A stretch of DNA of 64,000 bases from Candidatus Latescibacterota bacterium (GTDB lineage: Bacteria; Latescibacterota; UBA2968; UBA8231), in assembly GCA_965248265.1 (NCBI GenBank), contig CBDFJF010000001.1, positions 1,536,001 through 1,600,000 on the forward strand. Direction: 5' to 3'. This document shows, in pieces, positions 20,111 through 28,948 of the stretch; positions within the stretch are counted from its first letter, which is position 1, and each line of letters starts with the position of its first letter. The position numbers and the translations under genes were made by a program. Under the pieces are notes generated by a model. The model ran no database searches, was not told the DNA's origin, and saw only the letters and a program-made list of their open reading frames with translations.

Positions 20111-20640
20111 TTTCTTCGGGCCCTCTCCGTTGTCGACATAGACACCGTCCAGCAAGAGAACATGCCAGTGCGGGTTGAGATTCAACGCCGAGCCAAATCG
20201 CTGCACGAAGGTCACTGAGCCGCAGCGACCGTCGGCGAACCCCTGTCTTTGTGCTTGGCGTCGGTACCAACCATAAACGACGCGGAGGAAGACGGCTAGC
20301 AAATCGCTGACGAGCACACCGTCCCAGGCCAGGCGATAGCGGATCTCGTAAGGCAGGCTCAGGACCCACTGACGCACCGGCACTTTCGGCAGGACCTCGT
20401 CAGTCAGGCGGGCGGCCGTATCGGCCATGCGCCGTCCCATACAACTGGGACAAAATGAGCGGCGCTGGCACGAGAACGCGACCACGCGATCCTTGCCGCA
20501 GTCCTCACACCGTACGCGCAGAAATCCGTTTGCGAGAATTCCACACTCAAGGTAACCGCGGAGCTCCTTCTCGACATGCACCGGCAGCTGTCGATCGGAT
20601 GAGCGCGTGCGCTCGATGAAGGTCTCCCCCCACGTGCTCG
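20110..20640 (-). mobile_element. IS91-family (HUH) transposase fragment
   Basis: CGILANGF..CEDC..VAFSCQRRSFCPSC zinc domain, RQWVLSLP, NPHWH HUH motif; the catalytic Tyr half is missing. Confidence 0.88.
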
Positions 20641-20775
20641 GCTAGCACGCGATAGAGAGGCTCTTTCTCTGGCGTGCGACGTCGCAACGGCCCACTGGTA
20701 TCCTCCTCGACAGCGTTTGGGCGCGGCGATACCTTCGACCGCTGGTCCCTTCACTGTCACCTGAGAGTAGTCACC

Positions 20776-22422
20776 ATGAACGGCATCGAAACCATCGCCC
20801 ACATCCTCAAGACCGAGGGCGTCGAATGGCTGGCCTGCTATCCCAACAACCCCCTCATCGAGGCCGTCGCAAAAGAAGGAATCAGGCCGATCGCCTTCCG
20901 CCACGAGCGCGGGGCCGTCATGGCCGCAGACGGTTACAGTCGCACCAGCGGCCGCAAGCGCTTCGGCGTCGTTGCGGTACAATGCCAGGCTGGTGCCGAA
21001 AATTCCTTGGGTGGACTCGCCCAGGCCCACGCGGACAACGTGCCGATTCTGATGCTGCCGGGCGGCAACAACCTCGACCTGCTCGGAGTGCGCCCTAACT
21101 TCTCGGTCGGGCACACCTACAAGGATGTAACCCGGCGGGTGGAGACCATCTACAAACCCGAGCAGATCGTCGGTGCCATGCGTCGAGCCTTCAACGCACT
21201 CCGCAATGGACCGGGTGGCCCCGTCGTCGTCGAGATGAGCGAAGACGTGTGTGCCTGTGAGGTACCGGCGGATGGGCCTGCGTACAAACCGCCCACTGCA
21301 GCGCGACAGCTCCCGGCCACCGATGACATCGACGCCGCGGCCGAAGCACTCCTCAATGCCAAACAGCCATTGATCTGGGCCGGAGCCGGCGTCCTGTTTG
21401 CATCGGCGACCGAGGAGCTGAAGAGGCTGGCTGAGCTGACCCAGATTCCCGTGTTCTGCACCATGCCGGGAAAATCGGCTTTCGACGAACGCCACCCGTT
21501 GGCGTTGGGCTCTGGAAGCCGTGCCACGACACTGGCCGCTCACAACTGGATCCAGGAGTGCGACGTGGTCTTGGCTCTGGGTTCCAGTCTGACCTGGTCA
21601 CTCTACGCCCAAGTCATTCCACCCGGCAAGTCCATCATCCACAACACCGACAACCCCGACGAACTCAACAAGGACGAAGACGTCGCAATCCCCTTGCTCG
21701 GCGACGCCCGCATGACCATCCAGGCGTTGATCGCGGCGATCGAGGAACGCAGCGGAGCCGGGGAAGAATCGCGCTGGCCGGACACGGCCGAACGCCTGGC
21801 GGGTCACCGCAAAGAATGGCTGTCCCAGTGGCAACCGTTGCTGGACTCCGACGAGGAGCCCCTCAACACCTACCGGGTGATCGGCGACATCGATCGTACC
21901 CTCGACCGCGAGAACAGCATCGTCACCCACGACGCCGGCGCACCGCGCGACTCCATCGTCCCCTTCTACACCGCGACCACTCCTCACAGCTACATCGGCT
22001 GGGGCAAGACCACGCATCTGGGCTTCGGCATTCCACTGATGATCGGCGCCAAGCTGGCGCATCCAGACAAATTCTGCCTCAACCTGATGGGAGATGGTGC
22101 CTTCGGCATGTCGGGGATGGACATCGAAACCTCCGTGCGAGCCGGGGTGCCCATCACCACAGTTGTACTCAACAACAGCGGCATGGCGACTTACCCTGGT
22201 TCCTGGTTTCCCACAGCCCGTGAGGACTTTGGAGTTTCGAACATGTGTGGGGACTATGCGCAGATTGCCTCGGGAATGGGCGCTGAAGGAATCGTGGTGA
22301 GGCGAGTTGCCGAAATGGTACCGGCGCTCGAACAAGCGCAACACCTCAATGACGAGGGCAAGACGGTGCTGATCGACGTCCACTCTAACCTCGAAGGACG
22401 GCGCTCTCGCTGGGATCGCTGA
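20776..22422 (+). CDS. thiamine-pyrophosphate-dependent enzyme (acetolactate synthase-like)
   Basis: RHERGAVMAADGYSR, GDGAFGM...VLNN. Confidence 0.92.
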   Translation: MNGIETIAHILKTEGVEWLACYPNNPLIEAVAKEGIRPIAFRHERGAVMAADGYSRTSGRKRFGVVAVQCQAGAENSLGGLAQAHADNVPILMLPGGNNLDLLGVRPNFSVGHTYKDVTRRVETIYKPEQIVGAMRRAFNALRNGPGGPVVVEMSEDVCACEVPADGPAYKPPTAARQLPATDDIDAAAEALLNAKQPLIWAGAGVLFASATEELKRLAELTQIPVFCTMPGKSAFDERHPLALGSGSRATTLAAHNWIQECDVVLALGSSLTWSLYAQVIPPGKSIIHNTDNPDELNKDEDVAIPLLGDARMTIQALIAAIEERSGAGEESRWPDTAERLAGHRKEWLSQWQPLLDSDEEPLNTYRVIGDIDRTLDRENSIVTHDAGAPRDSIVPFYTATTPHSYIGWGKTTHLGFGIPLMIGAKLAHPDKFCLNLMGDGAFGMSGMDIETSVRAGVPITTVVLNNSGMATYPGSWFPTAREDFGVSNMCGDYAQIASGMGAEGIVVRRVAEMVPALEQAQHLNDEGKTVLIDVHSNLEGRRSRWDR

Positions 22423-22424
22423 CG

Positions 22425-23903
22425 TTACAGGCCTGAGGGGTAGGGGCTATAGTCGACGATGATCTCGATCTCCTCCAGTTGAACGCTGCCGTACAGCCCC
22501 TCCGGTCGACTCTCCAGGTCAACCCGCAGGATGTTGTCCCCTTTGTGCGGCAGGATGGCCCGCAGGTGAAAATCCAGCCAGTGATTCCTGGCTCCGGAAT
22601 GATTGAAGGTATCGGGCTCACTCTTGCGCACCCGGTGCATGGTTTCCCCCGCCAGTGACTGCCCGTTCAACACCACGCTGAAGCGATCAGCCGAGACGTG
22701 ATTGCTGAAGAACAGGCGCAGTCGCACCTCCGTGGCGCGGTTGTCCGGGCCACCCAGATTGTCGGCGATGTAGAACTCGATTTCCACTCCACCGCTTCCC
22801 GCTTCCTCCGACTTGAACTCATGCGGAATGACATGGTCGTAGCCGATGGCGGCGGCGTCCGCTGAACGCCGGGCAAACACGTAATGCTTCCTGGCCTCCT
22901 TCGTCAGCTCAGCATCCCCCCACTCGGTCAGGATCGAGCGCTCCTCGATACCCAGCGGCCAGTGGAACATGTAGCTGTAGAGGCCGTCGACTCCCCAGTC
23001 CCAGTAGTTGGCGGCCGCGGCGCGAAAGTGTTCGGCCCCGGCGTACTCCTTGATGGCGGCACCGGTGACATCGCTGCGCACGTAGTGCTGCAGGAAGCCG
23101 TAGACGGATGCATCCGCTTCGTGTGCCGGCTCCACCACCCAGCGGAAGGGCATGTTCGGATCAAGATCGGTGTAGGCGTATTGAACCGGCACGACGAAAT
23201 CCAGCAACCCCTCGGCAAGCCACGCCCGCACGTCCAGGCCTTGAGCCAGATTCGCCCCCTCCGACGGGTAAATGCGAGCCCCGAAAACCCGTGATCCGTC
23301 GCCGCTCGATCGCACCAGCGCAGAAGCCTGCCGCACCCAATCGGTCATGATCGCGGTGCCGTCGGCAACTTCGTCCCGGGGGAAATAGAACGACCCGCTG
23401 GCATCGAAGGCCGCGGTGTAATCGAGCTCGAAGCCATCGATGGCGTAGTCGGTGATCAGTTCGTCAACTATAGCTATCTGATGGTCTCGTACTTCTTGGT
23501 GGCCCCAACCGCGACCACCCTTGTCGAGCTTGTGATCCTCCTGCATCCCGCCGTAGGTCGACAATCGCAGGTCGGCGAAAAAGTCCATTCCCCTGGCGTG
23601 GGCGCGATCGATGACGACCCCGAGAGGATCGAGCCCGGCATCCAGCAGGCTTTGCATGCACTCCCAGGCTCGCCACACGATCTGGCTCTTGAACGGCCGC
23701 ATATCACTGCCGAAACGCACCCCGACCTCCGTCGGCCAGAACGCCCCGTCACCCCGCTCGACACAGTAACTCAGCGTGTCGACGGCCGTTCCCGCGACCT
23801 CGTCCACGGGCACCCAGGCATCCTCCATCCTCATCGGTGGCTCGAACATCCACAGGTAGTTGTGGCGCGCGTCGTTGTGGTAGATGGTCCGTTTCTGTCT
23901 CAT
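22425..23903 (-). CDS. GHL10-like TIM-barrel protein
   Basis: IYHNDA, DPLGVVIDRAHARGM, YAIDGFELD, LDVRAWLAEGLLD, GVDGLY pattern. Confidence 0.6.
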   Translation of the reverse strand: MRQKRTIYHNDARHNYLWMFEPPMRMEDAWVPVDEVAGTAVDTLSYCVERGDGAFWPTEVGVRFGSDMRPFKSQIVWRAWECMQSLLDAGLDPLGVVIDRAHARGMDFFADLRLSTYGGMQEDHKLDKGGRGWGHQEVRDHQIAIVDELITDYAIDGFELDYTAAFDASGSFYFPRDEVADGTAIMTDWVRQASALVRSSGDGSRVFGARIYPSEGANLAQGLDVRAWLAEGLLDFVVPVQYAYTDLDPNMPFRWVVEPAHEADASVYGFLQHYVRSDVTGAAIKEYAGAEHFRAAAANYWDWGVDGLYSYMFHWPLGIEERSILTEWGDAELTKEARKHYVFARRSADAAAIGYDHVIPHEFKSEEAGSGGVEIEFYIADNLGGPDNRATEVRLRLFFSNHVSADRFSVVLNGQSLAGETMHRVRKSEPDTFNHSGARNHWLDFHLRAILPHKGDNILRVDLESRPEGLYGSVQLEEIEIIVDYSPYPSGL

Positions 23904-24004
23904 TGCCTTCCCAACCTGTTGTTATACAAAGTGTTATGGAATCGCAGGGCCCGCGTATCTAACCCACATCTAACATTGGGCACGGATTCATTATAATAGG
24001 GCGC

Positions 24005-24415
24005 CTATTGGTACTCGAACAACGCGCCCCTAATCTCCAGCGTGTCGAAGGCGAATTTGAACCACCAATCTCCCTGGCTCCTGCTTTGGGTGCTGTCTTG
24101 CTTGTCTTTCTCGAAGTCCCAGCGCCATTGCCCCCTGGCCACCAGGCGCACTTTCACGTCGCCGTCATCAATCTCTCTGATGATGTAATCCCCCCAGGCC
24201 TTGTACAGCTCTCGCCCTTCGACCAGCTTGGTGTGAAATGTCCAGTGGGGATCGTTCCGGAAGTCATACCACGACAGCGCCTCCAGGCGCCCGGATGGCG
24301 TGCCTACGCTGCGAGAGAGCTTGTACCGGTGTACTTCGGCGAGCGGATCTAATACGGGCGCAACGGGGCTGTCGCTGCAGGCTGTCAGAAGCAGCAATGC
24401 GATCAGCCATTTCAT
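24005..24415 (-). CDS. lipoprotein
   Basis: MKWLIALLLLTAC lipobox; TGATG overlap with the upstream gene. Confidence 0.7.
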   Translation of the reverse strand: MKWLIALLLLTACSDSPVAPVLDPLAEVHRYKLSRSVGTPSGRLEALSWYDFRNDPHWTFHTKLVEGRELYKAWGDYIIREIDDGDVKVRLVARGQWRWDFEKDKQDSTQSRSQGDWWFKFAFDTLEIRGALFEYQ

Positions 24416-24636
24416 CAGGATGACCCTCCGGCCGCCTTCAGCGCGTAGGCGACGAGCCCACCTCCTGCTGTCCCGGTCGCCAGGGACCACATGGCAATCT
24501 TTACCTTCACGGCCACCATGTCTCCGCGCAGGCTGGAGATATCTCCGCGCAGACCCTCTATCAGATCGTTGTGTCGCTCCAACTCATTAAGCACGAGCTT
24601 TTGGTATTCTCGCCAGCCATTCTCCATCTCAGCCAT
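24415..24636 (-). CDS. small coiled-coil plus C-terminal TM protein (holin-like)
   Basis: Heptad N-terminus then hydrophobic IAMWSLATGTAGGGLVAYAL; coupled to neighbours. Confidence 0.5.
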   Translation of the reverse strand: MAEMENGWREYQKLVLNELERHNDLIEGLRGDISSLRGDMVAVKVKIAMWSLATGTAGGGLVAYALKAAGGSS

Positions 24637-25057
24637 CCCCCGACTCCTCGAAAATCGCCATCACTGACTGCGGCCCAGTAGGACACACCCTGATCTTCCA
24701 CCGGCTCTGCGATGCTACGATGGACTGGTCTTGCGGCTCCATTTCCACCTCTTTGGTCTGCTGATCTCGTGCCGCCGCGATGTACACTCCACCAATTTCC
24801 TTGCAGACCTCACGGGTGTCTGGAGCTAATTCATCGAACCGAAGCCCCGTCAATTCCTCCAAAGGAGTTTTGAACTTTCCAATCCTGTGCCATCCGTCGT
24901 TCATTGCCAGAATCCGACACGACAACGGGTCTTCCATCTCTTCGATTGCAATAACAATCACACCCCACGGAAGCGCATCAATAGCAGCCTTGAGCGCGTC
25001 GACATGCTGTTCTGACTTCTCAAATAGCTGCCGAAGCCTCGCGATGTTGTCACTCAT
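24629..25057 (-). CDS. stand-alone PAS-fold protein
   Basis: LKAAIDALPWGVIVI...RILAMN...EELTGLRFDELAP...WKIRVCP...VMAIFEE follows the PAS consensus. Confidence 0.65.
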   Translation of the reverse strand: MSDNIARLRQLFEKSEQHVDALKAAIDALPWGVIVIAIEEMEDPLSCRILAMNDGWHRIGKFKTPLEELTGLRFDELAPDTREVCKEIGGVYIAAARDQQTKEVEMEPQDQSIVASQSRWKIRVCPTGPQSVMAIFEESGDG

Positions 25058-25238
25058 CCGAGTTCCGACTGGCCAAATCCGGACTCCAGCGATGCGCGAG
25101 AATGGTCATCAACGAGATCATGGCTGCCGTGACCTCCGGAGGTGGCTGCATCTGAAACACCCAAGTGATCAGCACGACAACGCTGCTGGCTACGACGGTG
25201 GCAACATCTCGCTGACCTTCTCTGATTCTGCGCGACAT
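25050..25238 (-). CDS. small two-TM protein (holin-like)
   Basis: Two hydrophobic segments separated by PPPEV. Confidence 0.55.
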   Translation of the reverse strand: MSRRIREGQRDVATVVASSVVVLITWVFQMQPPPEVTAAMISLMTILAHRWSPDLASRNSDE

Positions 25239-25363
25239 TACCTACTCCACAGATGAATCAGAGCCCCAATGGCGACCAGCGAGAAGGCGGCAAGGCCGAC
25301 CAACACCGGCCATTCGGCCCTGCCGACCTTCAATCCACGGACTCTGTCACGCCGCCGGCGCAT
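25238..25363 (-). CDS. 41-aa single-TM protein
   Basis: MRRRRDRVRGLKVGRAEWPVLVGLAAFSLVAIGALIHLWSR; fills the gap exactly with a TAATG overlap; below the ORF-track cutoff. Confidence 0.6.
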   Translation of the reverse strand: MRRRRDRVRGLKVGRAEWPVLVGLAAFSLVAIGALIHLWSR

Positions 25364-25365
25364 TA

Positions 25366-25563
25366 CTATGGAGCAGCCAGGGCTTCGATGAACTCAGCAG
25401 CGGCTTGCGCGACAGGTTCGGGAATTCCACCCCAAACCAGTAAGACCGTGATCAGGGCAACCCCTGACGCTACCAGGCGGGCTCGACGGCCAGATACAGC
25501 GGCGCCGTTATCTTGTCGCCCCAGGATGCCAGTAACACGCCCGATAGCCTTCAGTGGATTCAT
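25366..25563 (-). CDS. small membrane protein
   Basis: LVASGVALITVLLVWGG hydrophobic segment; ATGA overlap. Confidence 0.55.
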   Translation of the reverse strand: MNPLKAIGRVTGILGRQDNGAAVSGRRARLVASGVALITVLLVWGGIPEPVAQAAAEFIEALAAP

Positions 25564-25943
25564 TCGTCCTCGTCAGTGTGCCCCTTGATGGCCTCGAACA
25601 CCCGGGCATAGATCAACGGCGACGGAAACGCCTTCTCTACCATCTCCAGCACCATCTTCTCCTGCTTGTCTTTCAGGCGGATGGTGGGGAAATCGTCATC
25701 GTCAGATTTCCCTTTGATCTTCAAAGCCAGGTTGAAGCGCTTGAGGCGCTGCGTACCGTCAGCCGCCTTGTCGTTGGGCGGCGTGCTCATCAAGGCATCG
25801 CACACCAGTTTGCCGAGAGGCACATTGGGTTCCCCTTCCTTCGTGTCGTCCTTGAGGGGCTCGCCGTCCAAGCCCATTACCGGCTGATTGAAATCAATGC
25901 CCAACGGCAGTGTCTGCGTTTCTTGCTCTGTGACTTCACTCAA
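25560..25943 (-). CDS. phage hypothetical protein (possible tail-fibre chaperone)
   Basis: SD AGGAGG, GTG start; position after the fibre gene. Confidence 0.6.
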   Translation of the reverse strand: MSEVTEQETQTLPLGIDFNQPVMGLDGEPLKDDTKEGEPNVPLGKLVCDALMSTPPNDKAADGTQRLKRFNLALKIKGKSDDDDFPTIRLKDKQEKMVLEMVEKAFPSPLIYARVFEAIKGHTDEDE

Positions 25944-25955
25944 ATCGCACCTCCT

Positions 25956-26159
25956 TTATGAGTTGGCTGCCTTCAGTGCTTCCTTCTCGGCCAGCGTCTT
26001 ACTGTTCCACCAACTATTAACATCGTTGGCGGCAATGGCATCTGCTTCCTCTTCCGCCCTTGCCTGCGCGAGAACTTGAAAGGTCGTGCCATTGGCAGTG
26101 GCGTAAGCATCAAGCGCATCCTGCCTTGATTGCGAAAGAGAAATTGTAGTGTCTGGCAT
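25956..26159 (-). CDS. phage hypothetical protein
   Basis: MPDTTISL...; SD-like AGGGG upstream. Confidence 0.55.
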   Translation of the reverse strand: MPDTTISLSQSRQDALDAYATANGTTFQVLAQARAEEEADAIAANDVNSWWNSKTLAEKEALKAANS

Positions 26160-26170
26160 TGTGTGCCCCT

Positions 26171-27433
26171 TTAGGTTAATGCGGCATATGCCCACGCATT
26201 GCTTACGTGGTCATATAGATAAATCCGATTGTTGGTGGTGTCGTGAACGATAGCAGAGAGGTTGCTGTGATCTGTAGGTGTTCCGCTTGGGGCTCCTGCC
26301 ATTGATGAGATATATAGAAATCCGTCAGTAGCATTTGTTGCTAGCGCTGCAGTTCCAACATGAATACTGCCGCTTGCGTCAAAGACCGCTGTTACATTGG
26401 CATTCCCGCTATAAATTCTCGTGACAGCTGATCCCTGCACTGTCCCGACGTTCATTATGTTCGTGTTGTGATCGTAATTTACTACACCTGCCAAGTCGTC
26501 CCCGTCGTCTCCGAAATAGAGAGACCCTACAGATGTATTTCCTGACAGAATAGAGATGCCTGTGTGCCCGCTGTTTTCTACAACCAAATCATCGGCGTTT
26601 ACGTTTGCGGTTGTATTCCCAGCTGTCGCTGTGTGTACATGGAGGGTCCCGTCGGTGCCAAGGATTCCTACGCTGGCGTTGCCGAGCACAGCCATCCTTC
26701 CGGACCCGACTGCGTCTGGATTGACGTTCAGATCCGTCCCGTCGTACTGGATTGTGGCGTCTTTACCAGTTCCAAATGTGACACCTTCGGAATCATCAAA
26801 CTCCAGCGATGCCCCGGAAATGATAAAATCTCCACTGCCACAACTAAGCGTCGGGTCTCCTCCAGTAAAAACCAGGGCCACGTCCGTACCGTCATACGAC
26901 AGCCTCATGCGCTCAAGAGCAGTCTCGGATTCAGCTACAGCAAACACCAAATCAGCGTCATTGATTCCCGCCGCGAAGGTGTCATCTGCCTCTGCCCAGA
27001 TGCTGGCAGCTACGAGAATGGCGTCTGTGCCACTGGCTTCAAGCGGCGCCTGGAAATCGACGCGCCCAAGGATGTCGCCATCTACGACAGTCGTTTCGGC
27101 GGTCGAAAGAGTGAGAATCCCAGCCGCACCAGCATCGCCTCTTACCTCTGCTTCGTTGAGAATCTGAAAGACACCTGAACCAACTACCCTCGGATCAAGA
27201 ACAACGTTGGTGCCGTCATACGAGAGCTTGGCGTCTGAACCGGTGCCAAGAATCGGACCAATGTTGTCGTCAAATATCGGGCTGGCCGTGAACGTCTTAA
27301 CAGCCGTAACACTCTGAGCCGTCGATTTGCTGAGATGGTTGGTGTAGACGTTCGTAAACTCAGAGTTCAGATTCGTCGGGGTGAGGTCTTCGTTCCCCCA
27401 AGTCTTTGCATGTCCTATGTCAGTGTCAGCCAT
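26171..27433 (-). CDS. tail fibre/spike protein
   Basis: LNSEFTNVY N-terminal anchor, G/S/T-rich beta repeats (TLHVH, LVVENSG, GSLYFGD). Confidence 0.75.
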   Translation of the reverse strand: MADTDIGHAKTWGNEDLTPTNLNSEFTNVYTNHLSKSTAQSVTAVKTFTASPIFDDNIGPILGTGSDAKLSYDGTNVVLDPRVVGSGVFQILNEAEVRGDAGAAGILTLSTAETTVVDGDILGRVDFQAPLEASGTDAILVAASIWAEADDTFAAGINDADLVFAVAESETALERMRLSYDGTDVALVFTGGDPTLSCGSGDFIISGASLEFDDSEGVTFGTGKDATIQYDGTDLNVNPDAVGSGRMAVLGNASVGILGTDGTLHVHTATAGNTTANVNADDLVVENSGHTGISILSGNTSVGSLYFGDDGDDLAGVVNYDHNTNIMNVGTVQGSAVTRIYSGNANVTAVFDASGSIHVGTAALATNATDGFLYISSMAGAPSGTPTDHSNLSAIVHDTTNNRIYLYDHVSNAWAYAALT

Positions 27434-27436
27434 GAT

Positions 27437-28948
27437 TTAATCCGTTGATTTGCCCTTAGTAGATCGGCTCGGCCCGTCATACCACAACTGGCATCGCCGC
27501 ATGGTAAAGTCCTGTCCTGCCGCGTTCATGCTGTAGAGGATGCTGGTCTGCGGAGAGTAGTCGAGCAGCGGCAGGTCCTGTGGGTACTGGCCCGGATCGG
27601 AGATGTAGCCCGGAATCGCAGCAGGCAGCGTCAGCGTGTTCCCCGACAGATCCAGCTGCTGCACCTCACCCCGTATTTCAGCGCCTCTCTGCAGCACGTT
27701 CAACGTGTAATCACCTTTGCTGTCGTAGTAATGCCGCCCGTTGACCCACCCTACAGTCACGTCACCACCCAGCGGGGCCGGAGCTCCCGTCTCGAAGAAA
27801 CTGACGATGGAGCCGCCATTGTCCGATTTCGTGGCATCCTCATGATCCCACAGCGTCCCGGCGTCGTCACCCAGGTGCAGCTTGTTGTCGATTACCGCAC
27901 CACAGAATCGCTCGAAGTTCACGTCCGGCCCAAACCAGATACCGACGTCCTCACCGTTGATGACGGTACGGCGGCGGTAGTCGTAGAACATCAGGTGGTT
28001 CATGTTGGTCTGACTCGAGCCGTACGGCAGAGCAAAGACGACGTAATCTCTCTTCGGTACTCTCATGGCTAAGGCTTTGTGTAGCCTGTCAGGGTTCAGG
28101 TTCGCCCAGTACCCATCTTCCCCATCCAGCGCCAGAGAGACCTTGCGCAACACCGCACCGCCGCTCCACTCGTACACGCCGTCTTTGAGAATCATCAACT
28201 GCGAATCACCCGGCAGGGCCACGATCCCCCTACCGTCCAGGGCCGCTTCGTCCGTGCGTTTTTGGGGATGATACGGGTTGGTAGCCGAGCCGGTAGGAAT
28301 CAGCGTATAGATGCCGTCCGTGGTATGGACACACATGCTGTTCTGGGTGGGCATCAGACCCAGGCCTATGCCGCCGAAGTTGTAGAAGGAAGTAGCGCCG
28401 TAAGTCTCAATGTCTGCGGTGTCCGAGTACCATAATTGGCCTGTAGCCCCATCAACATTCAAAATCCACAATCGATTATCCCACCAGGCGATGTGCTTGC
28501 CTTTGGAGAAGCGGGCGTTGTCGTCCAGCGCCGAGGCGTTGCCAGTGCCGGTGTACTTGATAGCGTCCGTGTCCACACCGTTCGTCTGCACGAACGTGCC
28601 ATTGGCGTTGACGCGCTCGAAAGTGTTATCGTCGCCGGCTGTGATGGTGGTACCGCCGGTAATGGCCGACCAACCGGAGGAGTACTTGTACATCGCCGCA
28701 TCGGCAACCAGCACCACCTGAGTTGTGTCGGCGTCGACATCGTACTCAAAAACCATCGTCAACGTCGGACTGCTACCGATCGCCGCCTCGGACTTATAGG
28801 ACAAAATCCCCGGCCGCAGTGACGCCGAGCCGCCGCTATCGAGACGGATATTCTGGCCGTCAGAGAGCTCGTCCCGAGCACACTCCTCTGTGGGAATGTC
28901 GTACCTGGTTCCACCGTACCAGGGGCCTAATTGTATTGAGTCCAGCAT
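27437..28948 (-). CDS. tail tubular B / gp10-like stabilisation protein
   Basis: Beta-propeller-like sequence (WWDNRLW, LWYSD); size and position typical of podoviruses. Confidence 0.65.
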   Translation of the reverse strand: MLDSIQLGPWYGGTRYDIPTEECARDELSDGQNIRLDSGGSASLRPGILSYKSEAAIGSSPTLTMVFEYDVDADTTQVVLVADAAMYKYSSGWSAITGGTTITAGDDNTFERVNANGTFVQTNGVDTDAIKYTGTGNASALDDNARFSKGKHIAWWDNRLWILNVDGATGQLWYSDTADIETYGATSFYNFGGIGLGLMPTQNSMCVHTTDGIYTLIPTGSATNPYHPQKRTDEAALDGRGIVALPGDSQLMILKDGVYEWSGGAVLRKVSLALDGEDGYWANLNPDRLHKALAMRVPKRDYVVFALPYGSSQTNMNHLMFYDYRRRTVINGEDVGIWFGPDVNFERFCGAVIDNKLHLGDDAGTLWDHEDATKSDNGGSIVSFFETGAPAPLGGDVTVGWVNGRHYYDSKGDYTLNVLQRGAEIRGEVQQLDLSGNTLTLPAAIPGYISDPGQYPQDLPLLDYSPQTSILYSMNAAGQDFTMRRCQLWYDGPSRSTKGKSTD

